From: Dehalococcoidia bacterium
GTDB taxonomy: Bacteria; Chloroflexota; Dehalococcoidia; Lucifugimonadales; JAGWBF01
Direction of reading: 5' to 3'
NCBI GenBank assembly: GCA_963663025.1
Contig: OY760073.1
Location: 613,567-677,566, forward strand
DNA: 64,000 bases
In this document: positions 27,019 to 37,007 of the stretch, one piece after another
Layout: the number at the start of each line of letters is the position of its first letter
How positions within the stretch are numbered: the first letter of the stretch is position 1
The notes under the pieces: model-generated
What the model was told of the DNA's origin: nothing
The model's input: only the letters and a program-made list of their open reading frames with translations
The model's database searches: none
Position numbers and translations under genes: made by a program

Positions 27019-27954
27019 TCAGCCAGGGTCTGTCCCAGCGTAGCTACCCTCCCTACGTTCGCCCACCAACTCCCAATCTTCAGCCAGCATGGCTTGGACG
27101 GTGTCGCCGATGTCGGCGGGGGTTGGGATGATGGTCGCCCCCGCCTCCCGGAGGGCGCGGGTCTTGGCGGCGGAGGTGGCCGATTCGCCGGTGATGACCG
27201 CCCCGGCGTGGCCCATCCTCTTGCCGGGGGGCGCCGTCGCGCCTGCGATAAGGGATGCTATGGGCTTCTTAAAATGCTCCCCAATATAGCGGGCCGCATC
27301 CTGCTCCATGGTCCCGCCGATCTCGCCGATCATCACCACGAAGTCGGTATCCGGGTCGTCGTTGAACATCTCCAGCACATCCACGAAGGATGTGCCGATG
27401 AGCTGGTCGCCTCCGATGCCCACGCAGCTCGACTGGCCTATGCCAAGGCCGGTGAGCTGTCCCACCGCCTCGTAGGTCAAGGTGCCGCTCCGGGACACCA
27501 CCCCCGCCCTCCCCGGCTGGTGGATGTTGCCTGGCATGATTCCCAGCTTGCAGCTCTCCCCGGGGGAGATAAGACCCGGGCAGTTGGGGCCGATAAGGCG
27601 TATGGGGCGACCCTCCAGGTGCCTGAGCACCCGCACAGTGTCCATCACGGGAACACCTTCGGTTATGCATATGATCAGGCTGATGCCGGCGTCGGCCGCC
27701 TCGGCGATGGCGTCGGCGGCAAAGGGGGCCGGGACGAAGATAAGGGATGTGTCCGCCGAGGTCTCCCGGACGGCTTGGTTCATGGTATCGAAGACAGGGA
27801 CCTGGTCGTCGAAAAGCTGACCCCCCCGTCCGGGCGTAACTCCCGCTACCACGTTGGTGCCGTAGCGTATGCAGGATCGAGCGTGGAAACTTCCCTCGCC
27901 GCCGGTTATTCCTTGGACAATGGCCCGTGTGTTTGAATTTACCAGGATGCTCAA
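27019..27954 (-). CDS. sucD: succinate--CoA ligase subunit alpha
   Basis: [19 protein letters not shown], and SRSGTLTYE...GHAGA phosphohistidine region. Confidence 0.95.
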   Translation of the reverse strand: MSILVNSNTRAIVQGITGGEGSFHARSCIRYGTNVVAGVTPGRGGQLFDDQVPVFDTMNQAVRETSADTSLIFVPAPFAADAIAEAADAGISLIICITEGVPVMDTVRVLRHLEGRPIRLIGPNCPGLISPGESCKLGIMPGNIHQPGRAGVVSRSGTLTYEAVGQLTGLGIGQSSCVGIGGDQLIGTSFVDVLEMFNDDPDTDFVVMIGEIGGTMEQDAARYIGEHFKKPIASLIAGATAPPGKRMGHAGAVITGESATSAAKTRALREAGATIIPTPADIGDTVQAMLAEDWELVGERREGSYAGTDPG

Positions 27955-27988
27955 GAAATGGTCTCCCGATTCTGAGATTATGCTAGTT

Positions 27989-29146
27989 CTATCGTAGCGA
28001 GGCCTGCAGGGCCTCGGACACCTCGATCAGGGTATCGGCGAAGGTGACGTCCAAGCCCGAAGCCCTGAGAATGTCCTTTCCTTCGTCCACGTTTGTTCCT
28101 CTCATGCGCACCAGCATGGGAAGCTGGGAGTTGCTGTCCCGCCACGCTTTCACGATACCTCCTGCGGCGATGTCGCACCGCAGGATGCCGCCAAACACGT
28201 TGACCAGCACCTGGGTCACCTCGGGGTCCGACAGCATGATGGACACAGCCAAGGCAACCTTGTCTTCGCTGGCGCCGCCTCCTACGTCCAGGAAGTTGGC
28301 AGGCTTCGCGCCCGCGTTCTGGATCACATCCATGGTTGCCATGGCCAAGCCTGCACCATTCACGAGGCAGCCCACGAACCCATCTAGCTTGACATAAGCT
28401 ATGTTGTTCTCAAGGGCTTGGGCTTCCAGCTCATCCTCCTGCTCCCGGTCCCGGAGGGACAGCAGGTCATGGTGGCGGAACGTGGCATCATCTTCCAAAT
28501 CCACCTTGGCATCCAGGGCGACGAGCTTGCCCCCGGCATCTATGGCCAAGGGATTGATCTCCAGCAGGGAGCAGTCGTTCTCGACAAAGATGTCGTAGAG
28601 AGACAGCATGATCTGGCTTGCCGGACGTACCAGCTCCTGGGGGAGGCCCAGACCATAGGCCAAGCGCCGTCCCTGGAAGGGTTGGAGACCCAGCACCGGG
28701 TCGATGCCCTCTTTCAGGATGCGCTCCGGGGCGGTCGCAGCCACCTCCTCTATATCCATGCCCCCCGATGCGCTGGCGATTACGACGGGGCCGCGGACCT
28801 CCCGGTCAATCATCAGGGCGACGTAGAGCTCCTGGCTCACATCGGTGGCTTCTTCCACCAGGACCTTGTGCACCGGCGCGCCTTCTGGGCCCGTCTGGTG
28901 GGTCACGAGGCGGCTGCCCAGGAGGGCCTCTGTAGCATCACCCACTTCGTCGTGGGTTGAGACGACCTTGATACCGCCGGCTTTGCCCCGACCTCCGGCG
29001 TGCACCTGGGCTTTGACCACCCAGGGCCCGTCCAGATTCCGGGACGCTTCTATGGCTTCTTCCCGATTCGCCGCCGCTATTCCCAGGGGGACGGGGATGC
29101 CGTACCGGGAAAACATCTCTTTAGCTTGGTATTCGTGGAGCTTCAC
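27989..29146 (-). CDS. sucC: succinate--CoA ligase subunit beta (ADP-forming)
   Basis: [10 protein letters not shown]...[16 protein letters not shown]...NIFGGI-like [11 protein letters not shown]. Confidence 0.95.
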   Translation of the reverse strand: MKLHEYQAKEMFSRYGIPVPLGIAAANREEAIEASRNLDGPWVVKAQVHAGGRGKAGGIKVVSTHDEVGDATEALLGSRLVTHQTGPEGAPVHKVLVEEATDVSQELYVALMIDREVRGPVVIASASGGMDIEEVAATAPERILKEGIDPVLGLQPFQGRRLAYGLGLPQELVRPASQIMLSLYDIFVENDCSLLEINPLAIDAGGKLVALDAKVDLEDDATFRHHDLLSLRDREQEDELEAQALENNIAYVKLDGFVGCLVNGAGLAMATMDVIQNAGAKPANFLDVGGGASEDKVALAVSIMLSDPEVTQVLVNVFGGILRCDIAAGGIVKAWRDSNSQLPMLVRMRGTNVDEGKDILRASGLDVTFADTLIEVSEALQASLR

Positions 29147-29152
29147 CTGACC

Positions 29153-30058
29153 TCACTTGTTCCCGTCGGATTTCTTGATCTCGACGTTCGCCATATATTC
29201 AACGTGGCGGACGATGGCAGAGTGGTCGCACTCCGCCATGTCCCGGTTCATCAATGCACCCAGCATCTGCTGGACGAGGCTGGTCACCGGCAGAGGCACT
29301 CCCAGGTCCTTTCCCGTCAGCAGGGCGTTCTGAAGGTCCTTCTGGTGCAGCCGTATGCGGAAGCCGGGATTGAAGTTGCGGTCCATTATCATGGGGGCCT
29401 TGGCTTCCAAAGCGTTGCTGCCTGCTAGCCCTGCCCGGATGGCCCCGAAGACGAGATCGGGGTCGATTCCTGCCTTCTGGGATAGGGAGAAGGCTTCGCC
29501 GATGGCTTCGATGTTGGCGGCTACCATTATCTGGTTGGCCAGCTTCACCACGTTGCCCGCCCCCACGTCCCCGACCAGAACGACGCTTCTGCCCATGACG
29601 TTCAGGATGGGCAGGCACCGCTCGAAGGTGTCCTGTTTGCCGCCGACCATTATCGCCAGGGTGCCGGCGATTGCTCCCGGCTCACCCCCGCTTACAGGGG
29701 CATCCAGCATGTCGATACCCTTCTCGCCGGCGGCGCGGGCGATCTTCTGCGACACCAGCGGGGCGATGGAGCTCATGTCGATGATGGTGCATCCAGCTTC
29801 GGCGCCTTCCAGGATCCCTCCTTCGCCCATGATGACCAGCTCGGAGTCAGGAGAGTCGGGCAGCATGGTGATGACAACATCGGAACACTGCGCCACTTCC
29901 CTGCCCGACCAAGCGACGGCCGCTCCCTCGCCAGCCAGCTCATCCACCGATGCCCGGCTGCGGTTGTGCAGCGTCAGCTCGTAGCCGGCCTTCATGAGGT
30001 TCCTGGCCATGGGTTTGCCCATGATGCCCAAGCCAATAAAGCCGATTCTTGGCTCCAT
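29153..30058 (-). CDS. 2-hydroxy-3-oxopropionate (tartronate semialdehyde) reductase / 3-hydroxyisobutyrate dehydrogenase family
   Basis: IGFIGLGIMGKPMARNL Rossmann start. 301 aa. Conserved DAPVSGG and K...N catalytic region. Confidence 0.85.
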   Translation of the reverse strand: MEPRIGFIGLGIMGKPMARNLMKAGYELTLHNRSRASVDELAGEGAAVAWSGREVAQCSDVVITMLPDSPDSELVIMGEGGILEGAEAGCTIIDMSSIAPLVSQKIARAAGEKGIDMLDAPVSGGEPGAIAGTLAIMVGGKQDTFERCLPILNVMGRSVVLVGDVGAGNVVKLANQIMVAANIEAIGEAFSLSQKAGIDPDLVFGAIRAGLAGSNALEAKAPMIMDRNFNPGFRIRLHQKDLQNALLTGKDLGVPLPVTSLVQQMLGALMNRDMAECDHSAIVRHVEYMANVEIKKSDGNK

Positions 30059-30080
30059 CCAGACTTCCTTGCTTCAGTAT

Positions 30081-30608
30081 TCAGGCGGGGCCGGGAGACC
30101 GGTGGTTCCCGTCCCGGCGACTCTTCCAGGTTTCCAGTATCTGCCTGTCCCTGGGAAATGCCAGGGGCGGCAGATCGGCAAGATCGAAAAAGGAGGCGTC
30201 GGTGGCCTCGGGTCCGGGCTTTAGCTCTCCACCGATGAACCTGGAGTCGTAGGAGACCAGGATAACCTGATTTCCCGGTTCCGAGGAAACAGCCAGCACG
30301 TCCGTTGCCTCGATCTCCAGGGAGGTCTCCTCGGCAACCTCGCGCTCCACGGCCCGCTCCACCACCTCGCCCCGGTCCACGTACCCGCCGGGCAAACTCC
30401 ACAGGCCTGTGCCTGGCTCCAACGCTCTCTGTACCATCAACACCTTGCCATCACGTTCGACCACCGCAACCGCACTTACCTTGGGGTCGTGATAGATGAT
30501 CTTCCCGCAGCTGACGCAGACCGGTCGGTTCACTCCTTCGATGTTCTTTGCTTCCAGGATGCCCGAACACCGGGAACAGTACACATCGTCGGAGAGCATC
30601 GCAGGCAT
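30081..30608 (-). CDS. NUDIX hydrolase with N-terminal zinc ribbon
   Basis: Nudix box GGYVDRGEVVERAVEREVAEETSL. N-terminal CSRC...CVSC. Confidence 0.8.
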   Translation of the reverse strand: MPAMLSDDVYCSRCSGILEAKNIEGVNRPVCVSCGKIIYHDPKVSAVAVVERDGKVLMVQRALEPGTGLWSLPGGYVDRGEVVERAVEREVAEETSLEIEATDVLAVSSEPGNQVILVSYDSRFIGGELKPGPEATDASFFDLADLPPLAFPRDRQILETWKSRRDGNHRSPGPA

Positions 30609-30730
30609 AGGATACCATGAGTAGGCGCTTGGGCGGAATTGGCTGTGTTGAAGCTACCGCACCTTTCAGATAAAGTAGTCCTGCTTTCGTCTCCTTTGTT
30701 TCCCACCCCAGGCGCTGGAGGCTTCCACCT

Positions 30731-33643
30731 ATGGCAAGTTCAGCCCGCAACAGGATCATGGCTACCGAAGGCGAAGAGCTGGCCCAAGAGCTTCGTAAGC
30801 GAGTATCCGGGGAAGTGCGGTTCGACGCCTACTCCCGCCTGCTGTACAGCACTGATGCGTCGATCTACCAGATGGACCCGGTGGGTGTGGTTATACCCCG
30901 CAACTCCGAAGATGTGCTTGCGGTCATGGAAGTGGCGGCGCAGAACAGGGTGCCTGTGCTCCCCCGGTGTGGTGGGACGAGCCTGGCGGGCCAGACGGTG
31001 AACCATGCCATCGTCATGGACTTCAGCAAGTACATGCACCAGGTCTTGGAGATAAACGAGGAGGAGCGATGGGCGCGGGTGCAGCCGGGTATCGTTCTGG
31101 ATATCCTGAACCGCCAGCTTTCCTCGATGAGACTGCAGTACGCCCCGGACCCTACAACGTCCAACCGGGCGTGCGTGGGAGGCGGAATCGGCAACAACAC
31201 CTGTGGTTCCCATTCCGTCATCTATGGCAAGACCGTCGACCATATCCAGGAGGTATCGGTGGTGCTCACCGATGGCTCCCAAGCCCGGTTCGGCCCCCTG
31301 GATGCCGATGAGCTTCAACGAAAGATGGCAGCGACGTCCTTCGAGGGCCAAGTTTACAGGGATGTCATGCGTATCGCGGAGGAGAACAGGGATGAGGTGG
31401 CTGCCCGGTACCCCAAGATCATGCGCCGGGTCAGCGGCTACAATCTGGATGAACCCCTGAACGTGGGTGCCGGGAATCCCTTCAACATGGCCCGGATGGT
31501 GGTAGGTTCCGAGGGCACCTTCTGCGTTGTCACCGAGGCGAAGGTCAACCTGGTGCCTGTCCCTCCCAAGAAGGGACTGGCCGTCTTGCATTTTCAGGAT
31601 ATGGTGCGCTCCTGCGAAGCGACATGGGAGATCCTGAAACACAAGCCCGACACCATCGAGCTCATCGGCAGGATGATCCTGGACCGGTGTCGCGAGTCCC
31701 TGGGCTTCAACCGGCTGCTGGCGCCTATAGAAGGTGAGCCTGATGCGCTGCTGGTCGTGGAGTTCAGCGGGGAAAGCGATGCCGAGGTTGCTAACAAGAT
31801 CGAGAAGCTCAAGAACGACATGGTCCGCAGGGACCTGGCCTACGCCTGCGTGCAGCTCACGGAGCCCCGAGACCAGTCGAACATCTGGGCATTGCGAGCG
31901 GCCGGTCTGGGCCTGTTAATGAGCACCCGGGGCGACTCCAAGCCTCTCCCATACGTGGAAGATACGGCCGTCGACCCTGAACACCTGGGAGAGTTCATCG
32001 CCAGGTTCGACCAGATAGTGAAGGCCCACGACACTCAAGCAGGCTACTACGGCCACGCCAGCGTAGGGTGCATGCATATCCGCCCCCTGGTGAACCTCAA
32101 AACCCCCGAGGGCATCCGGCGCATGGTCTCCATCGCATCAGACATCAGCGATTTGGTGCTGGAGTACGGCGGTTCCCTGAGCGGCGAGCACGGGGATGGC
32201 ATCGTCAGGGGGGTGTGGACCGAGAAGATGTTCGGCCCCACCATCTACAAGGCCTTCCAGGATCTCAAGCAGACCTTCGACCCCGCCGGCATAATGAACC
32301 CGGGGAAGATCATAGATACTCCTCCCATGACTGAGAATCTAAGGTTTGGGACTGGGTACGCAACGGACCCCCTGCAGACGACCCTGGATTTCTCTGCTGA
32401 TGAAGGCTACGCGGGCGCCGTCGAGATGTGCAACGGCATGGGGGCGTGCCGCAAGATGACCGGAAGCATGTGTCCCTCCTACATGGCCACCAGGGAGGAG
32501 GAGCACTCCACGAGGGGACGGGCAAACCTGCTGAGGGCCGTCCTGTCGGGGACCCTGCCCGAAGACACCATGGCAAGCAAACGGCTCCATGATGCCCTGG
32601 ACCTTTGCCTGGAGTGCAAAGCCTGCAAGGCTGAGTGCCAGACAGGCGTGGATATGGCCAAGCTGAAGTACGAGTTCCTGGACCATTTCCAGAGAAGCCA
32701 CGGGGTGCCTGTCAGGTCCAGGCTATTCGCCAACATTAGGCGCCTCAGCTCGCTGGCATCCAAGCTCGGTCCCTTCTCCAACATAGCGGTGAACAACCCC
32801 CTGGCCCGTCTTTTCCTTCACCGAGTAGTGGGCATCCACCCCAGCAGGAGCTTGCCGCCCCAGGCCTCCCAGACCTTCCCCAGGTGGTTCCGGTCCAGGC
32901 CGACCACACGCGAAAAGGCAGCAAAGCAGGTTGTCCTCTTCAACGACACCTTCATGAACTACAACTACCCCCAGGTCGGGAAAGCCGCCGTGGCCATACT
33001 GGAGCAGGCTGGCTATAGCGTGACGCTGGCCGACTCCCTGTGCTGTGGTCGCCCGATGATCTCCAAGGGCCTGCTTTACCAGGCGGCGTCGAACGCCCGG
33101 CGCAACGTTGAGCAGCTTTACAGCTATGCGGAGCAGGGCATACCCATCGTCGGGTGCGAGCCAAGCTGCCTGCTAACGCTAAAGGACGAATACCCCGACT
33201 TGGCCCGCGACGACAAAGCCAAGGCTGTGGCCGAAGACAGTTACATGATCGATGAGTTCCTGATGCTTCTTCACGAGAAAGGGGAGCTGGAGCTTAGCTT
33301 CTCTGATTTAGAGAAAAATGTGGTGTTCCATGGGCATTGCCACCAGAAGGCCCTGGTGGGCACCCGTCACTCGATGGAGCTGCTGAGGTTGCCCCCAGGC
33401 TACAATGTCGAAGAGATCAACGCAGGCTGCTGCGGGATGGCAGGGTCTTTCGGCTACGAGGCGGAGCACTACGATGTGTCCATGGACATCGGCCGGCTGC
33501 AGCTGTTCCCGGCGGTGGCAGCTAAGGACAGCGGCTGGGAGGTTGCTGTGATGGGTGTCTCATGCCGCCAGCAGATCGAGCACGGCACAGGGAGAAGAAG
33601 TCGTCACGTCGTTGAGGTCCTGCAGGACGCCCTTGCTGGATGA
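30731..33643 (+). CDS. fused FAD-linked oxidase / 4Fe-4S / CCG-domain oxidoreductase (GlcD-GlcF-like, 2-hydroxyacid dehydrogenase type)
   Basis: 970 aa. N-terminal FAD_binding_4-like region (PRCGGTSLAGQ), ferredoxin motif CLECKACKAEC, and two CCG motifs (LCCGRP, GCCGMAGSFG). Confidence 0.85.
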   Translation: MASSARNRIMATEGEELAQELRKRVSGEVRFDAYSRLLYSTDASIYQMDPVGVVIPRNSEDVLAVMEVAAQNRVPVLPRCGGTSLAGQTVNHAIVMDFSKYMHQVLEINEEERWARVQPGIVLDILNRQLSSMRLQYAPDPTTSNRACVGGGIGNNTCGSHSVIYGKTVDHIQEVSVVLTDGSQARFGPLDADELQRKMAATSFEGQVYRDVMRIAEENRDEVAARYPKIMRRVSGYNLDEPLNVGAGNPFNMARMVVGSEGTFCVVTEAKVNLVPVPPKKGLAVLHFQDMVRSCEATWEILKHKPDTIELIGRMILDRCRESLGFNRLLAPIEGEPDALLVVEFSGESDAEVANKIEKLKNDMVRRDLAYACVQLTEPRDQSNIWALRAAGLGLLMSTRGDSKPLPYVEDTAVDPEHLGEFIARFDQIVKAHDTQAGYYGHASVGCMHIRPLVNLKTPEGIRRMVSIASDISDLVLEYGGSLSGEHGDGIVRGVWTEKMFGPTIYKAFQDLKQTFDPAGIMNPGKIIDTPPMTENLRFGTGYATDPLQTTLDFSADEGYAGAVEMCNGMGACRKMTGSMCPSYMATREEEHSTRGRANLLRAVLSGTLPEDTMASKRLHDALDLCLECKACKAECQTGVDMAKLKYEFLDHFQRSHGVPVRSRLFANIRRLSSLASKLGPFSNIAVNNPLARLFLHRVVGIHPSRSLPPQASQTFPRWFRSRPTTREKAAKQVVLFNDTFMNYNYPQVGKAAVAILEQAGYSVTLADSLCCGRPMISKGLLYQAASNARRNVEQLYSYAEQGIPIVGCEPSCLLTLKDEYPDLARDDKAKAVAEDSYMIDEFLMLLHEKGELELSFSDLEKNVVFHGHCHQKALVGTRHSMELLRLPPGYNVEEINAGCCGMAGSFGYEAEHYDVSMDIGRLQLFPAVAAKDSGWEVAVMGVSCRQQIEHGTGRRSRHVVEVLQDALAG

Positions 33644-33655
33644 TTTAGAGGCGCT

Positions 33656-34057
33656 TCAGGCCGGGAGAGTGGCTGCAATAAGGCGGACTGCTCGCCTTAC
33701 CAGGCCGGAGAAGGCTGAAATCAGACCGGACCCGTGGTTTCGACGATAACGCATGCTGTAGTGCACAGCTTCGCCACGGCTGTGGTCTCTCCTGGATGTG
33801 CTAAGGTCGGCCTGGTACCTTTCGGCATCGTACTTGGCGCGCTGAATGGGATCGGAGAGGGTCTCGTATGCGCGATTTAACGCTGCCATCTTCAGCTCGG
33901 CGTCACCGTCTGCGGGATTGTGGTCGGGATGAACCTGCTGGGCCTTCTTAAGGTAAGCTTTTCGAATGCCTGACATCGAGGTATGTCGGGCCACACCCAG
34001 GACTAGATAGTAGTCCTCAACTGTCTCCGTCAAGGTCTGTTTCCTCTCCGAGGCCAA
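33656..34057 (-). CDS. J-domain (DnaJ-like) protein
   Basis: DYYLVLGV...KAYLKKAQQVHPDHNP with the HPD tripeptide. 133 aa with no Zn-finger or C-terminal DnaJ domains. Confidence 0.7.
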   Translation of the reverse strand: MASERKQTLTETVEDYYLVLGVARHTSMSGIRKAYLKKAQQVHPDHNPADGDAELKMAALNRAYETLSDPIQRAKYDAERYQADLSTSRRDHSRGEAVHYSMRYRRNHGSGLISAFSGLVRRAVRLIAATLPA

Positions 34058-34226
34058 CTCCCGTTCGTCTCACTCTGAATCGACCCACGCCTACAGAATC
34101 GAGAGTCCCCGGCACACTTAAGCCTGTGCTGAGCTGCCCCCCGTTAGGGCATGGTACAATGTATCCCCACATATCCTGCTGGTCAAGCCCTGCTCCGGCG
34201 CATGGTGTTGAGGGCGACGGCGCCCT

Positions 34227-34820
34227 TTGAAAGAGGGAGAATTGCCTCAGAAACTGGTCTGCTTTCTGCTGTTGGTCTTCCTTGCCATGGTCCCGGTGGT
34301 GGTCGCCTGCGGCGGTAGTGGCGCTTCGGGCCCTACGGAGGCAGAGCGGGACAGCTCATCAGCCCTGGCAGTTGCCCCGGACTTCACTGCCCAGAAGGCG
34401 TCTGGAGGCGAGGTTACACTATCCGAGGCCCTCCAGGAGTCCGAAATCGCTGTGCTGGTCTTCTACCGAGGGGTGTTTTGACCATACTGCCGTCAGCAGC
34501 TCGGCGGGCTGCAAGAAGGATATGCGGAGTTCAGGGAGTTCGATGCAGAGGTGCTGGCCATCAGCACCGATAGCGTCCAGGGGGCATCGGAAATGAAGAG
34601 CCGGGTGGGGGCAGAGTTCCCGATATTGGCTGACCCCGGCGCCCAGGTGGCGAAAGCCTACGGCGTGTTCGACGTGCTTCATGATGGGCTCGCAGCTCCG
34701 GCAGCCTTCATCATAGACAAAGACCGGAACATCCTGTGGAGCTTCGTGGGCTCACGGGTAAACGATAGGGCGAGGCCCCCGACGCTGCTTACTGCCCTAG
34801 GCGAACTGGAGGGCCTGTAA
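34227..34820 (+). CDS. PRX-like (AhpC/TSA, thioredoxin-fold) lipoprotein; putative selenoprotein with in-frame UGA at 34479-34481
   Basis: The track ORFs 34227-34481 and 34551-34820 share one frame and are separated only by one TGA. Read-through gives VLVFYRGVF-U-PYCRQQL...LAISTDS...FPILADP, and the TGA sits where family members carry the first Cys of (W)CPxC. N-terminal lipobox VVVACGG. Confidence 0.6.
34487..34512 (+). promoter_or_regulatory. candidate bacterial SECIS-like hairpin(s) downstream of the in-frame UGA
   Basis: GCAGCUC-GGC-GGGCUGC (34496-34512, 7 bp including one G.U) begins 15 nt after the UGA. An alternative is CUGCCG-9 nt-CGGCGG (34487-34507). Not validated against a SECIS model. 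Confidence 0.35.
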
Positions 34821-35376
34821 AGGACTGCCTGAACGTGTGAAGGTTTACCTCCGGCTCGATGGGGCTGACTGGCAGCGGCTCCACATCCTCGATCTTCGCA
34901 ACGATGAACCACGGGCCGTCGGATGCCAGGGCTTCCTTGAAGACCGTTTCCAATTCCTCTTCGGTGGATACCGTTGTGGACTTGGGAATGTTGCAGCTCC
35001 GGGCCACACCCTCGAGGTCCGTCCCCGTCGCTGTGTGGCTGGGCTGGTGCCCGGTCTGCGACCACTGCTCGTTGTCCCATACCACCACGACGAGGTTCGC
35101 CGGCTGCTCTCGCCCTATGGTGCCCAGGGTGCCTAGATTCATGAGCAGGGAGCCGTCCCCGTCCAGGGAGACTACCTTCTCGTTGGTGGAGAGGGCGACG
35201 CCAAGGGCGATGGACGAGCATAGGCCCATTCCGCCGTAGGTGTAGAAGTTGCGGCTGCGGTCACCCAGGTGCCATAGCTCATCAGTGGTGGGCCCCAGGT
35301 TGCTGACTATGGGCTGCTCGCCTAGGTAGCTGAGCAACAGCTTAGTGGCATCTTGTCTACGCACGCTTCCCTCCAT
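34789..35376 (-). CDS. comE: sulfopyruvate/phosphonopyruvate decarboxylase-like ThDP enzyme, beta subunit
   Basis: 195 aa. ThDP-binding motif region GGMGLCSSIALG...LDGDGSLLMN. Overlaps the alpha-subunit gene by 20 nt. Confidence 0.7.
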   Translation of the reverse strand: MEGSVRRQDATKLLLSYLGEQPIVSNLGPTTDELWHLGDRSRNFYTYGGMGLCSSIALGVALSTNEKVVSLDGDGSLLMNLGTLGTIGREQPANLVVVVWDNEQWSQTGHQPSHTATGTDLEGVARSCNIPKSTTVSTEEELETVFKEALASDGPWFIVAKIEDVEPLPVSPIEPEVNLHTFRQSFTGPPVRLGQ

Positions 35377-35866
35377 GCAGCTGGGCGGTGAGGCATATCC
35401 CTACAATAGATCTGCTGGCGTAGCACAGCTTTATCGCTCCCTTCACCACCGATTCGACCTCATCCTCGTTGGTAAGGGTGAAATGGGGAATTCCGAGGAC
35501 ATCCAGAATCGGCTTGGTCCCCCGGCCCAGCGGCACCTGGGCTATGTTGAACTCGCCCACCCCTCCCCGCAGATTGATGAAAAAGGGCAGGGGAATGCGA
35601 TGGGGAAGGCACAGGCTGCCGATGGCGTTAAGGCAATTTCCGAAGCCGCTGGACTGCATGAAGACTGCCGAGTTGCGACCGGCCGCGTAACCACCCGCAG
35701 CGATGCCTATGGCCTCCTCTTCCCGGCTGGCTGACACCAGGTGGAAGTAGGGGTCGGCATTCACCAGCTGGGTAGCTTGGTGGATATTGATGTCGGGGAC
35801 GTAGGTGACGAGGGATATATCGCTTTCCTTCAGGGTCTGCACGATGCGTTCGGCCCAGATTGGCAT
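35357..35866 (-). CDS. comD: sulfopyruvate/phosphonopyruvate decarboxylase-like ThDP enzyme, alpha subunit
   Basis: 169 aa. N-terminal pyrimidine-binding domain text (IVQTLKESDISLVTYVPD...SREEEAIGIAAG). Confidence 0.7.
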   Translation of the reverse strand: MPIWAERIVQTLKESDISLVTYVPDINIHQATQLVNADPYFHLVSASREEEAIGIAAGGYAAGRNSAVFMQSSGFGNCLNAIGSLCLPHRIPLPFFINLRGGVGEFNIAQVPLGRGTKPILDVLGIPHFTLTNEDEVESVVKGAIKLCYASRSIVGICLTAQLHGGKRA

Positions 35867-35954
35867 TTCATCCTCACGAATTGGGTATGTCGCACCTCTA
35901 ACAGCGGGGCTGGCTTGGTGCGGGCAACACTATAGCAACGGCCTTGGGGAAAGT

Positions 35955-36200
35955 CAAAGCGCAGGCCCGGGCTCTAAGCACAACTAAGCTTCCTTGTCCT
36001 CAAGGGTAGAAGGCTAGGACGAAGGGAAAATCACCCAGGACAGCGTTACTATCGCGGAGGCGGTAGTCTATGTCCCTCGAGGCTGAAAGGCGCAGGCCCG
36101 GGCTGTCCGTTTGTCCTGAGGGAAATCGAAGGAGAACGGACAGCCTTTCTGTAGGCCGGGTTAGGTCCCGCTTTCGTGAGAACGACGAAGAATGGGGCGG
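35955..36200. repeat. intergenic repeat element, copy B
   Basis: Hairpin CTGTCCGTT...AACGGACAG (36103-36143) with loop TGTCCTGAGGGAAATCGAAGGAG. 39 nt match the 62.76-kb copy with 4 mismatches. GCGCAGGCCCGGGCT occurs twice (35959-35973 and 36090-36104). GAACGACGAA tail at 36181. Confidence 0.5.
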
Positions 36201-36263
36201 TGACGACGGTGGGGGAACGGGGACCAAGCAGCTTGCTCCCAGATTTCCCCCAAGGAAGTGGGG

Positions 36264-36653
36264 CTAAAGCGCGTCGATCCCCGCCTGGGCGCACTCCTCA
36301 TCCTGCTCCGACGTTCCGCCGCCCACGCCGCAGCCGCCTTCGATCATGCCGTTGCGGATGATGGGGAGCCCTCCCTGGCTGGGAATCATGTGGTCGCCCT
36401 CGGCCCTGGTTATGCCCTGGACGATGGCCCTGGTCGGGTCGATTATCCCGCTGGGGCGCGCAAAGGCTGCCGAGGCGACGGCCTTGCCTTGGGAGCCGTA
36501 AGCGCCGGCAAAGAAGGCCCCGTCCATGCGATTGAAGGCCATCAGCCTGCCTCCTGCATCGCACACCGCAACGCTGATCTTGATGTTCATCTCCTCAGCC
36601 TTGGCGAGGGCTGCCGCCACCACCCGGTTTGCTTCTGCCAAGGTTAACGCCAT
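36264..36653 (-). CDS. GlcG/HbpS-like heme-binding protein (DUF336)
   Basis: MALTLAEANRVVAAALAKAEEMNIKISVAVCDAGGRLMAF...GGLPI pattern. Start chosen at MALTL. The track ORF extends to 36701. Confidence 0.75.
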   Translation of the reverse strand: MALTLAEANRVVAAALAKAEEMNIKISVAVCDAGGRLMAFNRMDGAFFAGAYGSQGKAVASAAFARPSGIIDPTRAIVQGITRAEGDHMIPSQGGLPIIRNGMIEGGCGVGGGTSEQDEECAQAGIDAL

Positions 36654-36887
36654 ATCTGTTCCTCCTCTGAAGTCTGTACGAATCCTGACGCGGGACGACA
36701 TGGTTGGCTTGAGCGACTACGCAGTCGGCGCCGACATCGGGATGTACTTGGATAAGCACCTACAGGCCCAGATGTAGAATCTCGCCCTGAATACCTCCGG
36801 GCAAACCCAAGGCGACCTGTCTTATTGAAAGAGCAAGCCCCGTACAGAAGAAGTCGCCTCGAGATTCAGACGAGCACCCGAATCGGG

Positions 36888-37007
36888 CTATTTCTTGGGG
36901 GGATTGTTGCCTCTGTCGCCACCCGAAGGGTTCCCGGTTTTACTTGGCCAGTTTCCCCCGCCTTTTGAGCCGCCCCCCTTGCCCTCCTTCATCGTTACAT
37001 TCTTCAT
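36888..37007 (-). CDS. candidate small Gly-rich basic protein (39 aa), not in ORF track
   Basis: AGGAG lies 7 nt upstream of the ATG at 37007. Translation is MKNVTMKEGKGGGSKGGGNWPSKTGNPSGGDRGNNPPKK. It lies in an otherwise empty ~500-bp gap. The 64-aa Pro-rich track ORF on the + strand is its antisense shadow. Confidence 0.3.
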   Translation of the reverse strand: MKNVTMKEGKGGGSKGGGNWPSKTGNPSGGDRGNNPPKK

